IMG/VR virus record: IMGVR_UViG_3300020020_000024
Length of the DNA stretch: 64,000 bases
Reading direction: 5' to 3' (one strand)
Source of the DNA: an uncultured virus (IMG/VR IMGVR_UViG_3300020020_000024)
Lineage: Duplodnaviria > Heunggongvirae > Uroviricota > Caudoviricetes
Each line of letters begins with the position of its first letter. The stretch's first letter is position 1. This document shows positions 28,718 to 38,570 of the stretch, in pieces. The notes beneath the pieces are model-generated. The model ran no database searches. It saw nothing but the letters and a program-made list of their open reading frames with translations, and was not told the origin of the DNA. The position numbers and the translations under genes were made by a program.

Positions 28718-29633
28718 ACCCCTTTTTGATGCGGCGACTAAGGGATGTATATTGCTTTTTACTGAGGACGTTATCATTAAATAACTCAGTGAGTCTTTTT
28801 TTCTCTTTCAAATATATTGATTTTAATTTCTGTTTTTTTTGATCTGCTGTTAAAAACATTGACCTCTCCTTGAACTTATGAATATCTTTTTCAATTTGCT
28901 GCCTTATTCTTTTAATTCTGCTTCGCTGCTGCTTCATTTCCTTTAATCTGTCCATCACATATTGCTTAACGTCTTTTGCTTGTTTTTTCTGATATTTCGT
29001 TTTTTTACGTCTTGGTATTTTTACTACTTTGGGTTCTTTCTCCGGTTCATAAACCACTACTTCTGTCGGGCCTTCCAAAACCATTTCCAGGTAGTAATTA
29101 TCAGGATGACCATTGTTTGACTTCCCCGGCAGCACCTGCACCATACCATTATACCTAAATCCTGGACTTGTGCGTTGAAATGGATTTCTATTTAGATATT
29201 GATTGATGTTGTTTGTTATCTGCGCTATGCCGGAAGCATAATAATTGTAATCGGCTGTATTGAAAATATTCGTCTCTCCAAATCCATCAGCATTTACTTT
29301 TATCATGATACACGGTGGCAGGACTCTCCAAATAAATTCAGCAACTACGAAGTATTCTATGTCTGAGTAAGTGCCTGGATCAATTGCAAGGACATTACAA
29401 CCCTTCTTCCTTGGCACCCACTGTATCTTATGAAAAATAAAATCCCGCAATGGTTTTAATCTTATGCGGGAAATACTTTGACCTCTATATGATGGATAAA
29501 TCTTTTTGCTGACGAATGAATAAAGTTCTTTGCGGCTTAGCTTTCTGTTTACTGGCAGGTTTCGGTTTATCGCACTTACCTCCTTTACTAAGAGGTTATA
29601 GATGCGTATCCCTTTGGTTCTGTTACCAGCCAT
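28704..29633 (-). CDS. highly basic hypothetical protein coupled to PolB-like gene
   Basis: K/R-rich N- and C-regions with a Tyr-rich core; overlaps the downstream start. Confidence 0.65.
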   Translation of the reverse strand: MAGNRTKGIRIYNLLVKEVSAINRNLPVNRKLSRKELYSFVSKKIYPSYRGQSISRIRLKPLRDFIFHKIQWVPRKKGCNVLAIDPGTYSDIEYFVVAEFIWRVLPPCIMIKVNADGFGETNIFNTADYNYYASGIAQITNNINQYLNRNPFQRTSPGFRYNGMVQVLPGKSNNGHPDNYYLEMVLEGPTEVVVYEPEKEPKVVKIPRRKKTKYQKKQAKDVKQYVMDRLKEMKQQRSRIKRIRQQIEKDIHKFKERSMFLTADQKKQKLKSIYLKEKKRLTELFNDNVLSKKQYTSLSRRIKKGYGQK

Positions 29634-29782
29634 TCCTGAGATGAAATTTTAAATTGTGTGATTAGCAAAAACGGGGAGACAACATAACAATCAATCTTCA
29701 TAAATTCAAACTAATAACTTCTACTAATGTGAAAAATGTTAAATCGTTGAACTTGTGCCTATTGAGAAATTGTCAACCGGGG

Positions 29783-30052
29783 TTAAGCGGCAATTCGCTT
29801 GGTTATTAAAGTATAAATATCATAGTGATCAAAAAAGTTACAAATTTTAATCATCATTTCATACTTTGGGAATGCGATTGCTCCCGTCCATCGTCGTACA
29901 CGATCCTTGCTTTCGCTCATTTGTTCTGCGAAGTCATCAGTAGTTAAACCTTTTTTCTTTAAAAGAGTTTGCAGGTTGTCAGCAAATACTTTTCTGTCTG
30001 CTGTTGTAGTTGCTTCTTTTTGTTTTATTGAATTCTTAGAGGGCGATTTCAT
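29783..30052 (-). CDS. XRE-family HTH regulator
   Basis: FADNLQTLLKKKGLT..FAE...VRRW...FP. Confidence 0.8.
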   Translation of the reverse strand: MKSPSKNSIKQKEATTTADRKVFADNLQTLLKKKGLTTDDFAEQMSESKDRVRRWTGAIAFPKYEMMIKICNFFDHYDIYTLITKRIAA

Positions 30053-30078
30053 AAAGAAATGTATTTTAAAATAGCGGT

Positions 30079-31821
30079 TTAGATATGCGGTTTAGATTTA
30101 ATTTTCTTTTTAGGTTTATTATTCTGTATGATCTTTTCAACTTTATCAATCCGTGTTCCGATCCATTCCATAACATCTTTAGTCATCCCATTACCTATTG
30201 CCTGGTATCTTAATGTATCAGGACTTGTTTTCTTTTTATTCCAGGGAATGTTTGTATGATTGTCTGGATAGCCTTGTAATCTTTCACATTCAACCGGGGT
30301 TAATCTTCTTATTACTGATGTTACAGATGCTACTGCAGCCACGATCTGTTGTTGTTCCTGTGACTGCGGTGATCTTGAATCAAGGTTATGTTTTGTAAGA
30401 GTAGGAGAAGTTTGTTTTACGAATTGATAATTGCTTTCTGCTTTTGATCGTAAAGCCTGGGCCGTATCGTTTTCGATCTGACCACCACCGCTTGCCCATT
30501 GTATCTGCTTAGACTCTCCTGCAATTATATGCTGCTGGCCACCCTTAGCAAGTGTTGGAGATGGATCGCCGGTCTTTGGGTTGCTTCTATTCTCTGGACT
30601 TGTTAATTGTGCGGCAGGATAAACAATAGGATTAATAAAACTGAGTGAGTTGCCGCCACTATTCTTTGCTTGTATAGTTGCTGATAGTTCTTCGTTGACT
30701 GTCATGTTGCGAACATCGAGTGATTTTGCATCTTGAATTATAAAAGTTTCCGATTCAAAATCCTGGCGGTTGTTATGTCCTTTGATTGCAGTAGATACAT
30801 TTATTTCACCCTTTGTGTTATTGCCACCAAATGCAACAAGGTGAGAAAAGTTTTGTCGCTGATCTTGACCACTTACACCTTGCAATCTTGCATAACTTGC
30901 ATCAAGAGTTGCCGTTTGTTCTGCTGGCCATTTCTTTTCATCAACAACTAAATTATTATCCAGGCCTCGGTCAGAATAAGGTTTTCTTGAAACAGAATCA
31001 GCTACTAAATTATCATTCCATCCTCTTGCAGAATTTTGTTTTGTAGCAATAGGAGAAGCAGTTTCATTTATTGCTGATCCACGATTGCTTGAAGGATCGC
31101 TCTCAGTTGTGCTGGCAGTTCCCGGCCTCTCCTTTCTGCTCGGCGTAATATTCCCATACAGGCTTTCCGGCTCAAACAATACTGCGAAAGGTGGTCGCCA
31201 GTCGTTTCCAAGATGTCCGACAACAAAGACTCTACGGCGTCTTTGTGGCACTCCGAAATATTTATAGTCCAGCACCCTGAATGCGCAACTATACCCGCAT
31301 TCCTGAAAACCTGTAAGCAGGGCTGCAAAATCTGAACTTTGTATAATGGTGTCGGCATCGGTTGTTCTTCCTCTTGCGTTAATTGTTTTATTTCCTTTAA
31401 CTCCTTTTTTTCTTTTTCTGTTAGTGGTATCTTTTTTACTTTCCTTTTCATCTGAGAAAGAACTAAAAACACCGGGAACATTTTCCCATACGAACCATTT
31501 GGGTTGTTTTCTGAGTAGAATTCTGCAAAAGACAAGGGATAGGTTACCACGCTGGTCATCCAATCCACCTCTGAGACCTGCGACTGAGAATGCTTGACAG
31601 GGAGTTCCTCCAACAATAAGTTCGGGGTTTGTTTCATTGAAAATTTTCTTTTTAGTGAGTTTGCACATATCGCCAAGATTGGGAACATGCGGCCAATGAT
31701 GTTTAAGAACGGCTGAGGGGAATGGTTCAATTTCTGAGAACCATAATGCTTGCCAGCCGAGAGACTGTTCCCATGCAAGTGTTTCAGTACCTAATCCAGT
31801 TGCTACGCTTCCGTAAGTCAT
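30079..31821 (-). CDS. dcm: C5 DNA cytosine methyltransferase with long repetitive variable region
   Basis: GGTPCQAFS (IV), ENVPG (VI), QRRRRVF (VIII), RRLTPVECERLQG (IX), IGNG (X). Confidence 0.92.
   Translation of the reverse strand: MTYGSVATGLGTETLAWEQSLGWQALWFSEIEPFPSAVLKHHWPHVPNLGDMCKLTKKKIFNETNPELIVGGTPCQAFSVAGLRGGLDDQRGNLSLVFCRILLRKQPKWFVWENVPGVFSSFSDEKESKKDTTNRKRKKGVKGNKTINARGRTTDADTIIQSSDFAALLTGFQECGYSCAFRVLDYKYFGVPQRRRRVFVVGHLGNDWRPPFAVLFEPESLYGNITPSRKERPGTASTTESDPSSNRGSAINETASPIATKQNSARGWNDNLVADSVSRKPYSDRGLDNNLVVDEKKWPAEQTATLDASYARLQGVSGQDQRQNFSHLVAFGGNNTKGEINVSTAIKGHNNRQDFESETFIIQDAKSLDVRNMTVNEELSATIQAKNSGGNSLSFINPIVYPAAQLTSPENRSNPKTGDPSPTLAKGGQQHIIAGESKQIQWASGGGQIENDTAQALRSKAESNYQFVKQTSPTLTKHNLDSRSPQSQEQQQIVAAVASVTSVIRRLTPVECERLQGYPDNHTNIPWNKKKTSPDTLRYQAIGNGMTKDVMEWIGTRIDKVEKIIQNNKPKKKIKSKPHI
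31068..31778 (-). CDS. overprinted alternative-frame ORF inside dcm (possible second MTase polypeptide)
   Basis: 236-codon ORF ending ...LSDILETTGDHLSQYCLSRKACMGILRRAERRGRELP; possible start at ATG31358. Confidence 0.55.
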   Translation of the reverse strand: MHGNSLSAGKHYGSQKLNHSPQPFLNIIGRMFPILAICANSLKRKFSMKQTPNLLLEELPVKHSQSQVSEVDWMTSVVTYPLSFAEFYSENNPNGSYGKMFPVFLVLSQMKRKVKKIPLTEKEKKELKEIKQLTQEEEQPMPTPLYKVQILQPCLQVFRNAGIVAHSGCWTINISECHKDAVESLLSDILETTGDHLSQYCLSRKACMGILRRAERRGRELPAQLRAILQAIVDQQ

Positions 31822-31823
31822 TA

Positions 31824-32291
31824 TTATTTTTTAAATACGATATATGAAAATCCGTGTTCATTTGTAAATTGAAATTCTTCTACATGGCAACTCATGTACC
31901 TGCCCCAATCGGTTACGATTCCTGGACGAAACAAACAGGATGTTGCTAATTGCAAATCATCATTGAGAATTAAAATTATATATCCATCTTGCTTGCATAC
32001 ATCAACCAACTGATGAAGTGTTCTCCAAAACAAAGGATCGGCATTTAGGCAATCACAAAGAACTACGTCAAAATGATCAGATGGCAATCTCCAATCATAC
32101 CACTTATCATCTTTTCTTACATAAGTGCTACCCGAATTCTTACTAAGGGTTTCATAGACATCTTTATTGTCTAAAACTGGTTTGTAATTATAACCTTGTT
32201 TACCACCGCCTACATGAAGAATTTTTGATTCTCTTGGTATGTATCTGTTTTTAAAAAGATCGTAAACTGTTTTAGGGATATTATTATTCAT
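31824..32291 (-). CDS. divergent class I SAM-methyltransferase-fold protein
   Basis: KILHVGGG, FDVVLC, CKQDGYIIL. Confidence 0.5.
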   Translation of the reverse strand: MNNNIPKTVYDLFKNRYIPRESKILHVGGGKQGYNYKPVLDNKDVYETLSKNSGSTYVRKDDKWYDWRLPSDHFDVVLCDCLNADPLFWRTLHQLVDVCKQDGYIILILNDDLQLATSCLFRPGIVTDWGRYMSCHVEEFQFTNEHGFSYIVFKK

Positions 32292-33417
32292 TGATATTGG
32301 TTTTCTTCGGATGTTCTTGCATCAAGATAAGGGCAAAAACGGCATAATTCAAAATATCAAAATAGTTTGCGTCAATGCCTTCGCTTTTTGTAGTATTTAC
32401 GTTTAAAAGCTGCCTGATCCGGTTAAGTTTCATGATGATAATATCAACAAAACTCGTCTGCGTCATTTCCCTCCATGCTTCTCCGTAATCATGATTCTTA
32501 TCCATCATTAAAAACTTTGCTCTGTTTGTTGCATAGTCATACATTCCAGATAACTGATTTAATTCAATTTCTTTTGAATCCTGGTCGGTTAATCCTAGTT
32601 GTATCAAACCAATTACAGAATAGTTAACTACACCTATGAATTCAGAACGAATGCTATCGGGTATTTTCTGTTCACCAGCAACCTGGATTGTTCTGATACG
32701 TTTAGTTTTAATATAAATTTGATCCACGATCGACAGGGTTCTTAAAACTCTCCATGCAGTACCGTAATCCTTTGCCTTTTCCATAAAAATTAATTTACAG
32801 TCAGCGATGGCAGTTCCATATTGTTGATCAGTAGTAGGCGGTTGTTGCTGGTCATTATTTACTACGGCCCCGGTAGATTTTGAACTAGTTGTATCTAAAT
32901 TAGTTGGATCGAAATCGTTAACAAGTTTCAGAAAATCGTTAAGTGAAATAGGAGGCGCACCAGGAAATTTTACATTGATATGTGCAACATAACTTCTGTA
33001 TGCAATTGCAAGTGATTTTAAATCGCTGCTTTCATAGGCATATTTTACATAGGTCATTATCATCTGCTCATGAATAACATCAGCCTCAGTCTTTGACATA
33101 AACATTTCTTTGAATTGTTCAATAGTAGGTACAACACAATCAGGATGGTTGGTTTCAAGATCAGCACAGAATTTATTGTAGCTATGCAGCAATCTTGGCA
33201 TCTCAATATCTGGTTTCGGCTCAACAGCAGACAAGTGTTTTACCTTATCACGATGCATTTGCCTTATAGCATATTCTGACAAAGCATTTTTGTCTTTCTT
33301 TTTAACAAGAATCATAAGAGCATCATCACTTAACTCTTGGATAGAAATAGGGATGATGTCTTTTTTAGTAGATTTTTTTGAAGATTTTCTTTTTGCAGTT
33401 TTTATTCTCGTTGCCAT
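32284..33417 (-). CDS. tandem DUF1599 (nucleotide-modification-associated domain 1) protein with N-terminal extension
   Basis: KAKDYGTAWR...IYIKTKRI and KNHDYGEAWR...DILNYAVFALI. Confidence 0.85.
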   Translation of the reverse strand: MATRIKTAKRKSSKKSTKKDIIPISIQELSDDALMILVKKKDKNALSEYAIRQMHRDKVKHLSAVEPKPDIEMPRLLHSYNKFCADLETNHPDCVVPTIEQFKEMFMSKTEADVIHEQMIMTYVKYAYESSDLKSLAIAYRSYVAHINVKFPGAPPISLNDFLKLVNDFDPTNLDTTSSKSTGAVVNNDQQQPPTTDQQYGTAIADCKLIFMEKAKDYGTAWRVLRTLSIVDQIYIKTKRIRTIQVAGEQKIPDSIRSEFIGVVNYSVIGLIQLGLTDQDSKEIELNQLSGMYDYATNRAKFLMMDKNHDYGEAWREMTQTSFVDIIIMKLNRIRQLLNVNTTKSEGIDANYFDILNYAVFALILMQEHPKKTNINE

Positions 33418-33450
33418 TATTTGGGATTTTTATAGGTGAAAATATTTTTA

Positions 33451-33738
33451 TTATTTAATTGCTTCAACTTGCGAAATGTGCATATACTGCGGTTTCTTTA
33501 TGCCATCCCACTTTACACAAATTGTTGCATCAGAAAAATGATTAATTGCTCCTTTTAAAAAGTCAACGACTTTGCCCCTTTTTTTTCTATTCCAATTTCC
33601 TTGCATTACTAAACCGAACTCCGATAATTTAACCCGACAGCCTATTTCGTGTGGTTTCTTTATGCCAACACTATTTTTTTGCTGACAGTACGCTTCAACG
33701 ATTGCCATTGCTTCTCTGAACTGTTGAGCAGTTATCAT
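33451..33738 (-). CDS. hypothetical protein (SH3-like)
   Basis: IGCRVKL...GKVV...VKWDG. Confidence 0.55.
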   Translation of the reverse strand: MITAQQFREAMAIVEAYCQQKNSVGIKKPHEIGCRVKLSEFGLVMQGNWNRKKRGKVVDFLKGAINHFSDATICVKWDGIKKPQYMHISQVEAIK

Positions 33739-34301
33739 TATTTTAGTTCTGAATATCTAAGTTGTAATTCAATAAAAAATTTAATATCAATTTTCCACCA
33801 CTCACAGAACTTAATGATAAGGGCAATTACATAGCCCCAATCAATATGAAACAAGCCTTGCTTATGGGCGGCTAGGATAAATTGGTTAAGCAATAGTAAA
33901 TCTTCCCCAATACTTCCAGATGATACCCTGCGACACTCTCTTGAATATAGAGGTTCTGAGTATGCTTGCATGTAATCAAGTATCTTCAAGAACACACTTA
34001 CAACTTTTGCTTCAAGTGTTGGAATAAAATAAGTCTCATGCCATATCCGGAACGCACTACTATCACTTGCTTTATCAAAGGGGCCGCAGTCTTTCCATTC
34101 GTCAAAGTCAACCTTCTCATATGTATCACCTTTCAAGTGTCTTGACAGAACGCCGCCAAGCTCAGAAATGATGACCATTATGATCTCAGCACGGTTCTTA
34201 TTTGGCTTATCTTGCCAATAGCCATGTTTATATGAAAGTTCATGAACCCGTTGCTGGTAATTGAAAATATCCTCAATGTTTATTGTATTTTCTATTGTCA
34301 T
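33738..34301 (-). CDS. divergent MazG/dimeric NTP-pyrophosphatase-like protein
   Basis: VHELSYKHGYW...IISELG; helical; ends IELQLRYS. Confidence 0.5.
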   Translation of the reverse strand: MTIENTINIEDIFNYQQRVHELSYKHGYWQDKPNKNRAEIIMVIISELGGVLSRHLKGDTYEKVDFDEWKDCGPFDKASDSSAFRIWHETYFIPTLEAKVVSVFLKILDYMQAYSEPLYSRECRRVSSGSIGEDLLLLNQFILAAHKQGLFHIDWGYVIALIIKFCEWWKIDIKFFIELQLRYSELK

Positions 34302-35389
34302 AAATTTGCTTTTTTAAGTAGCCTGGAATCAAATTGATTTTCACTAGCAAATAATTTACGATATTGGGTATAGCCACGAAAATTTCCACACCATCCGTAT
34401 TCTTTTACATAAATCTTTTTACCATCTTCATACATATAATCAAAATGATGAAGGATTTGATATTTCTTTGAATATATCTGTTCGTAAAAATCATGCGGCA
34501 TTGAAACTACTTTGTGATGAACAAACCACTCTTTCATTGTCATTACCCTGGCGCAATGTTCAAATGGACTCCAGTGCTTAGACGTTGCCAGCCGATTATG
34601 AAGTTTTACAAGGCTATCAAAATTCATTTCCTTTTCTCCGTCACCAACTACTGTGTAACTTGTTTGGGCGCATCTTGCAGTAGCAATTTTTATTTTTGCC
34701 TTTATAATGAGTTCATCTGCATTATCAGCACCATTGCTTGCTTTTAGATCGGGCAGCATTATAGCAGCTAACATCTCAGCGTTCTCAGCCGTATCAATTT
34801 TATCTCCAAATGGAATATGCCACTCACCTTCTTTCAATTGCTTTGGTGTGTTGTTATTGAACGACTCCAGCATCATTTCCGCAAGCTTGCTAATATGTAT
34901 ATCGGCTGCACCATCAGCCCGTAGCGCAAAAAAGTTTTCCCACTCTGTTGCACTTAATAAAGCGGTGTGGTACATAAATGGTTCAAGTAGTCTGTTACAC
35001 ATTTGTTTGGTAAGACCAAGTATGGTCATTTGTTCTGCGGCCTTAATTGCTGCATCTCTTGCCTCCAACCAGGTTTGTTTAAATACAGATGTGCGGGTAT
35101 ATGTTTGTGAACCATCAGGGCTTTCGCAAACATCGGTATCATTAAAATATTCTGTTCCCTGCATTCCTTTATGTTCCTTCATCCAAGCCATAGGAATGAA
35201 CGGATTTTCCTCAACAGCCGCAACCATTTTTTTAAATGGGATCGCCCTGCTGCTGGCACTATTGCGGGTCAGCATACGATGGGTGTTTAATTCGGCCAGG
35301 ATATAACGGGGAAAAGTAGTAAGAGGGGTAATGAGGCGGCAACCCATAGGGCTGACGCTATCAGCAACAATGTTTAAAGAAAAACTCAT
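34298..35389 (-). CDS. thyX: FAD-dependent thymidylate synthase (ThyX/Thy1-like)
   Basis: PRYILAELNTHRMLTRNSASSRAIP, KQMCNRLLEPF, HWSPFEH. Confidence 0.85.
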   Translation of the reverse strand: MSFSLNIVADSVSPMGCRLITPLTTFPRYILAELNTHRMLTRNSASSRAIPFKKMVAAVEENPFIPMAWMKEHKGMQGTEYFNDTDVCESPDGSQTYTRTSVFKQTWLEARDAAIKAAEQMTILGLTKQMCNRLLEPFMYHTALLSATEWENFFALRADGAADIHISKLAEMMLESFNNNTPKQLKEGEWHIPFGDKIDTAENAEMLAAIMLPDLKASNGADNADELIIKAKIKIATARCAQTSYTVVGDGEKEMNFDSLVKLHNRLATSKHWSPFEHCARVMTMKEWFVHHKVVSMPHDFYEQIYSKKYQILHHFDYMYEDGKKIYVKEYGWCGNFRGYTQYRKLFASENQFDSRLLKKANL

Positions 35390-35405
35390 AGCAATTGATT
35401 TTGTT

Positions 35406-35726
35406 TTAAATAGTAATTATTTCATCGAAATTATGTTCAAGTAATGGCGACAAAGTATATGGTTGTAATATGACTATTAGATTGATGTTTCGATCCCTTC
35501 TTGCAATCAGCATTTGATGAAGTCTCATTCTTGTAGTAAAAGTGAATTTACTAGCTTCAATATACGAGAGATCAATAATTAAATCTTCGTCTTTAAGTGT
35601 AATGAAATTAAATGACGTCATCTTTTTGTAAGATGAAAACCATTCAGGAATAATGATCTGTTTGAAAAACTCAATTGAATCTTCCGTCTCCAAAACAAAA
35701 CAAAATGCAGTTCCTCTGATAGTCAT
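35406..35726 (-). CDS. hypothetical protein
   Basis: Packed ORF in the operon. Confidence 0.55.
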   Translation of the reverse strand: MTIRGTAFCFVLETEDSIEFFKQIIIPEWFSSYKKMTSFNFITLKDEDLIIDLSYIEASKFTFTTRMRLHQMLIARRDRNINLIVILQPYTLSPLLEHNFDEIITI

Positions 35727-36028
35727 TTCTTATGCGTTAAAATCATACGATGATTGAGCCACAGACTCCACAGATCTAGAAATGCTTTTTTCACTATCGC
35801 ACGATCCAATCTTGCATAAGCAATTCTTAATTCGGTAAAATGTTTGCTGGCGATAAAATCTAGCTGACGGGTATTCTTACAACGGGATATTTGCCCCTTG
35901 ATCTTGTTCACTTCTAAGTGAAAGTCCGACGCAAGATTTCTTTTTGGTTTTTCAGAAGCTGTTGGATTTGCTCCAAGCATGAATATCCAGAAGGCGATAC
36001 ATGCAAGCAGCAATATTAATACGCTCAT
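35723..36028 (-). CDS. N-anchored membrane protein
   Basis: N-terminal TM. Confidence 0.55.
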   Translation of the reverse strand: MSVLILLLACIAFWIFMLGANPTASEKPKRNLASDFHLEVNKIKGQISRCKNTRQLDFIASKHFTELRIAYARLDRAIVKKAFLDLWSLWLNHRMILTHKK

Positions 36029-36429
36029 TTTTTATTCTTCTCATTGGGTCTGAATGATGACTTAGTAAATAAATGCTTTTCATCCTTCTCTCCGATAACC
36101 GCTTTATAATGACGAAAAAAATAATCAACTGATGTTATATATGCTGTGTCTTTATGATCTCCAAAGTATTGAAAAAATAAGGCAATATGATAAAAGTACA
36201 AAGCCATTCTATACCCAATTAAGTCACCAACAACTACCTTGTTATCCACATTTCCGGCTTCAATAAGGGGTATAACTGTCTTATGAATATCTTTCCAATG
36301 ATTGAGTATTTTAACACCACCTATCCAGAATCTTTTCTGCTCTTTTGTAGGGAACGTTTTGATGATTTTGATATAATCATCAGTAGCAATTATAAGTGGC
36401 TTAATTATATTTGTTTCAAATACTATCAT
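36025..36429 (-). CDS. hypothetical protein
   Basis: Coupled ORF. Confidence 0.55.
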   Translation of the reverse strand: MIVFETNIIKPLIIATDDYIKIIKTFPTKEQKRFWIGGVKILNHWKDIHKTVIPLIEAGNVDNKVVVGDLIGYRMALYFYHIALFFQYFGDHKDTAYITSVDYFFRHYKAVIGEKDEKHLFTKSSFRPNEKNKK

Positions 36430-37925
36430 AAGTCAGCAAACATACCAAAACTTTGTTCAATTCTTTTATCCTTCAACTTCACATATTTTGGATTTAACTC
36501 TACTCCAATATAGTCACGGTTTAATCCTTTTGCAACTACGGCTACTGTTCCTGACCCCATAAAAGGATCTAGAATTACCGCAGGTTTTATAGGGTGCTGA
36601 TCGAGAGGGATTTTTGGTTCGTAAACCGTGTACTCGTTCTTTTCACCCTCAATATAAAGCGGATCGGTTTTAGTCAATTTCTTTTTAACAAATTTTCCAT
36701 GACATTCGCAGGTAGGCTCCCATCCAACAGATTTATAAACATTCATCATGCCTTCTGCAAATACACTATTCTCCGTGCTTTTGTCGCCACGATATCGCTT
36801 AACGGTCTCGGTAGATTTTTTACTGATTGCTTTTTTGTTTTGTACCTGACCATCTTTTACGAGTATTCTTTTCCAGGGTTTACCGCAGTCAGCACAGCAA
36901 CCCTTTTCACTTGATGCAGCCTTTATACATATACGAGGAAGTTCTTCGGGGAATACAGCAAAATGAGCATCTTTATATGGTTTATTATTAATGACCCAAA
37001 CACTTCTTTTGTTACGCAGATATTCACCATTCGGCCCGCGCAGCCAACGTTCATGACCGCTTGCATGAAAAGTATTTTCAACCTGTCCTGGAACAAAAGC
37101 GCCGTTGTATTTTGTTGCGGGTTTCATCATGGTTGTTTTCCTGCCATCAAAATTTGCTTCCTCCATGATCGCATAAGTATCGAAATAATAACGGTTGGTT
37201 TTTGTGAACATGAAAAGATATTCATGACTCTTTGTGCAACGATCCTTTACTGATTCAGGAAGCGGATTATCTTTTTGCCATATAATATCCTGACGCAAGT
37301 ACCAACCTTCTGTTTTAAACATCTCTGTGAAATTCCAGAGATCAATTGTATTTTTTAAAGTTGAGATGTACGCTAAATTCTTTTCATCTATTGCTTGTTG
37401 CAGCATTGCAGACCAATCAGAAAGCACACTATGAGAAATAACGCTCGATCCACGCAGCGCCAGGGCCACCGACCAGGGAACACCAAACAAATCCTTTGGC
37501 TTTATATTATCATTTTCTCCCGGCGCAGCATTACCACCATCATAGCGGCCTGAGCCACGATCAATGCGTTTTGATTTACTGAATTTAGGAGATGGTTTTG
37601 ATGGAGGCGCATTCCCTTTATTTTCTCTATCTCCATTAAACGATTGTGCCTTTCCATAGTTATCTCCCCAATAAGCAGCATAGGTGTCACCAAGATTCAA
37701 AAAGAAAACGCCAGTAGGTTTTAATATACGTTGTACTTCTTTAAACACCTGCATTTGATTGCGGATATATTCATATATCGTTGTTTCAAGACCAAGTTGA
37801 CCTTTTATATCATAGTCACGAAGTTGAAAATAGGGTGGACTTGTTATACAACAGTCGGCATAGTTATCATCAAACTTTTTTAATTCCAATCTGGCGTCGC
37901 CAGTAAGGATCAGATTTCTTTTCAT
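36426..37925 (-). CDS. N4/N6 DNA methyltransferase (beta class)
   Basis: TSPPY, LRQDIIW.K, HFAVFP, ILDPFMGSGT. Confidence 0.92.
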   Translation of the reverse strand: MKRNLILTGDARLELKKFDDNYADCCITSPPYFQLRDYDIKGQLGLETTIYEYIRNQMQVFKEVQRILKPTGVFFLNLGDTYAAYWGDNYGKAQSFNGDRENKGNAPPSKPSPKFSKSKRIDRGSGRYDGGNAAPGENDNIKPKDLFGVPWSVALALRGSSVISHSVLSDWSAMLQQAIDEKNLAYISTLKNTIDLWNFTEMFKTEGWYLRQDIIWQKDNPLPESVKDRCTKSHEYLFMFTKTNRYYFDTYAIMEEANFDGRKTTMMKPATKYNGAFVPGQVENTFHASGHERWLRGPNGEYLRNKRSVWVINNKPYKDAHFAVFPEELPRICIKAASSEKGCCADCGKPWKRILVKDGQVQNKKAISKKSTETVKRYRGDKSTENSVFAEGMMNVYKSVGWEPTCECHGKFVKKKLTKTDPLYIEGEKNEYTVYEPKIPLDQHPIKPAVILDPFMGSGTVAVVAKGLNRDYIGVELNPKYVKLKDKRIEQSFGMFADL

Positions 37926-37941
37926 TTATGATTGGTGCTTT

Positions 37942-38562
37942 TTATGCTACGCCAAGATGTTTCAGGTTATCGTAGTATCGCTGGTAAATATATACGGGGT
38001 TGACATCTTTCTTTTCGATGTCGCTATAATCTGCCTGTTGTGTCGCAATCAAAGGGTAAGTGCAGTAGCTGTTCCCCTCTGGCTGGATCAGACTTTCCAG
38101 AAGCATATCAAAAGGTAAGTTGCGATTATGCTGAGCCTTCTTTAACACTTTCAATATACCTCTATTGCTATAAGCGACTGCATGAGTACTTCTGCCTTCT
38201 GTGATTGATAATAAATTATTATCAACGAAAGGAGGGAATGGTTTATGTGTATTGACACCCAAATAAAGCAAATCCCATCTTCTGGAATCTATTTGTGTTA
38301 TCACATTAGGCATATAGCCAGATGGGTCGCATAATAATTTCACATCATCTTCAAATACTAAAATTCGGTCGAAGTGCATACATGAGTTAAAAAGATCAAG
38401 CATAGTTCTGAACAATCCCTTTGCTCCATCTTCATCTTTTATGGCAGGAATAACCTGGTACGGAATGTTCCATTTCTTCAACTCGGTTTCAGATTTTTCA
38501 AGCCGATCTCTGCGCTCCGGCAGATTAATTAAAAAGATTCTATTAAAATAATTCGTCCACAT
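37942..38562 (-). CDS. glycosyltransferase family 25-like
   Basis: INLPERRDR, LVFEDD, WDLLYLG, STHAVAYS, YSDIE. Confidence 0.85.
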   Translation of the reverse strand: MWTNYFNRIFLINLPERRDRLEKSETELKKWNIPYQVIPAIKDEDGAKGLFRTMLDLFNSCMHFDRILVFEDDVKLLCDPSGYMPNVITQIDSRRWDLLYLGVNTHKPFPPFVDNNLLSITEGRSTHAVAYSNRGILKVLKKAQHNRNLPFDMLLESLIQPEGNSYCTYPLIATQQADYSDIEKKDVNPVYIYQRYYDNLKHLGVA

Positions 38563-38570
38563 AAAGTATT

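Noticed and set aside
34707..35306. 199-aa plus-strand ORF
   Set aside because: Antisense shadow of thyX with no recognisable features.
37502..37693. Alternative-frame ORF inside the N4/N6 methyltransferase
   Set aside because: Short and motif-less, unlike the two overprinted ORFs reported.
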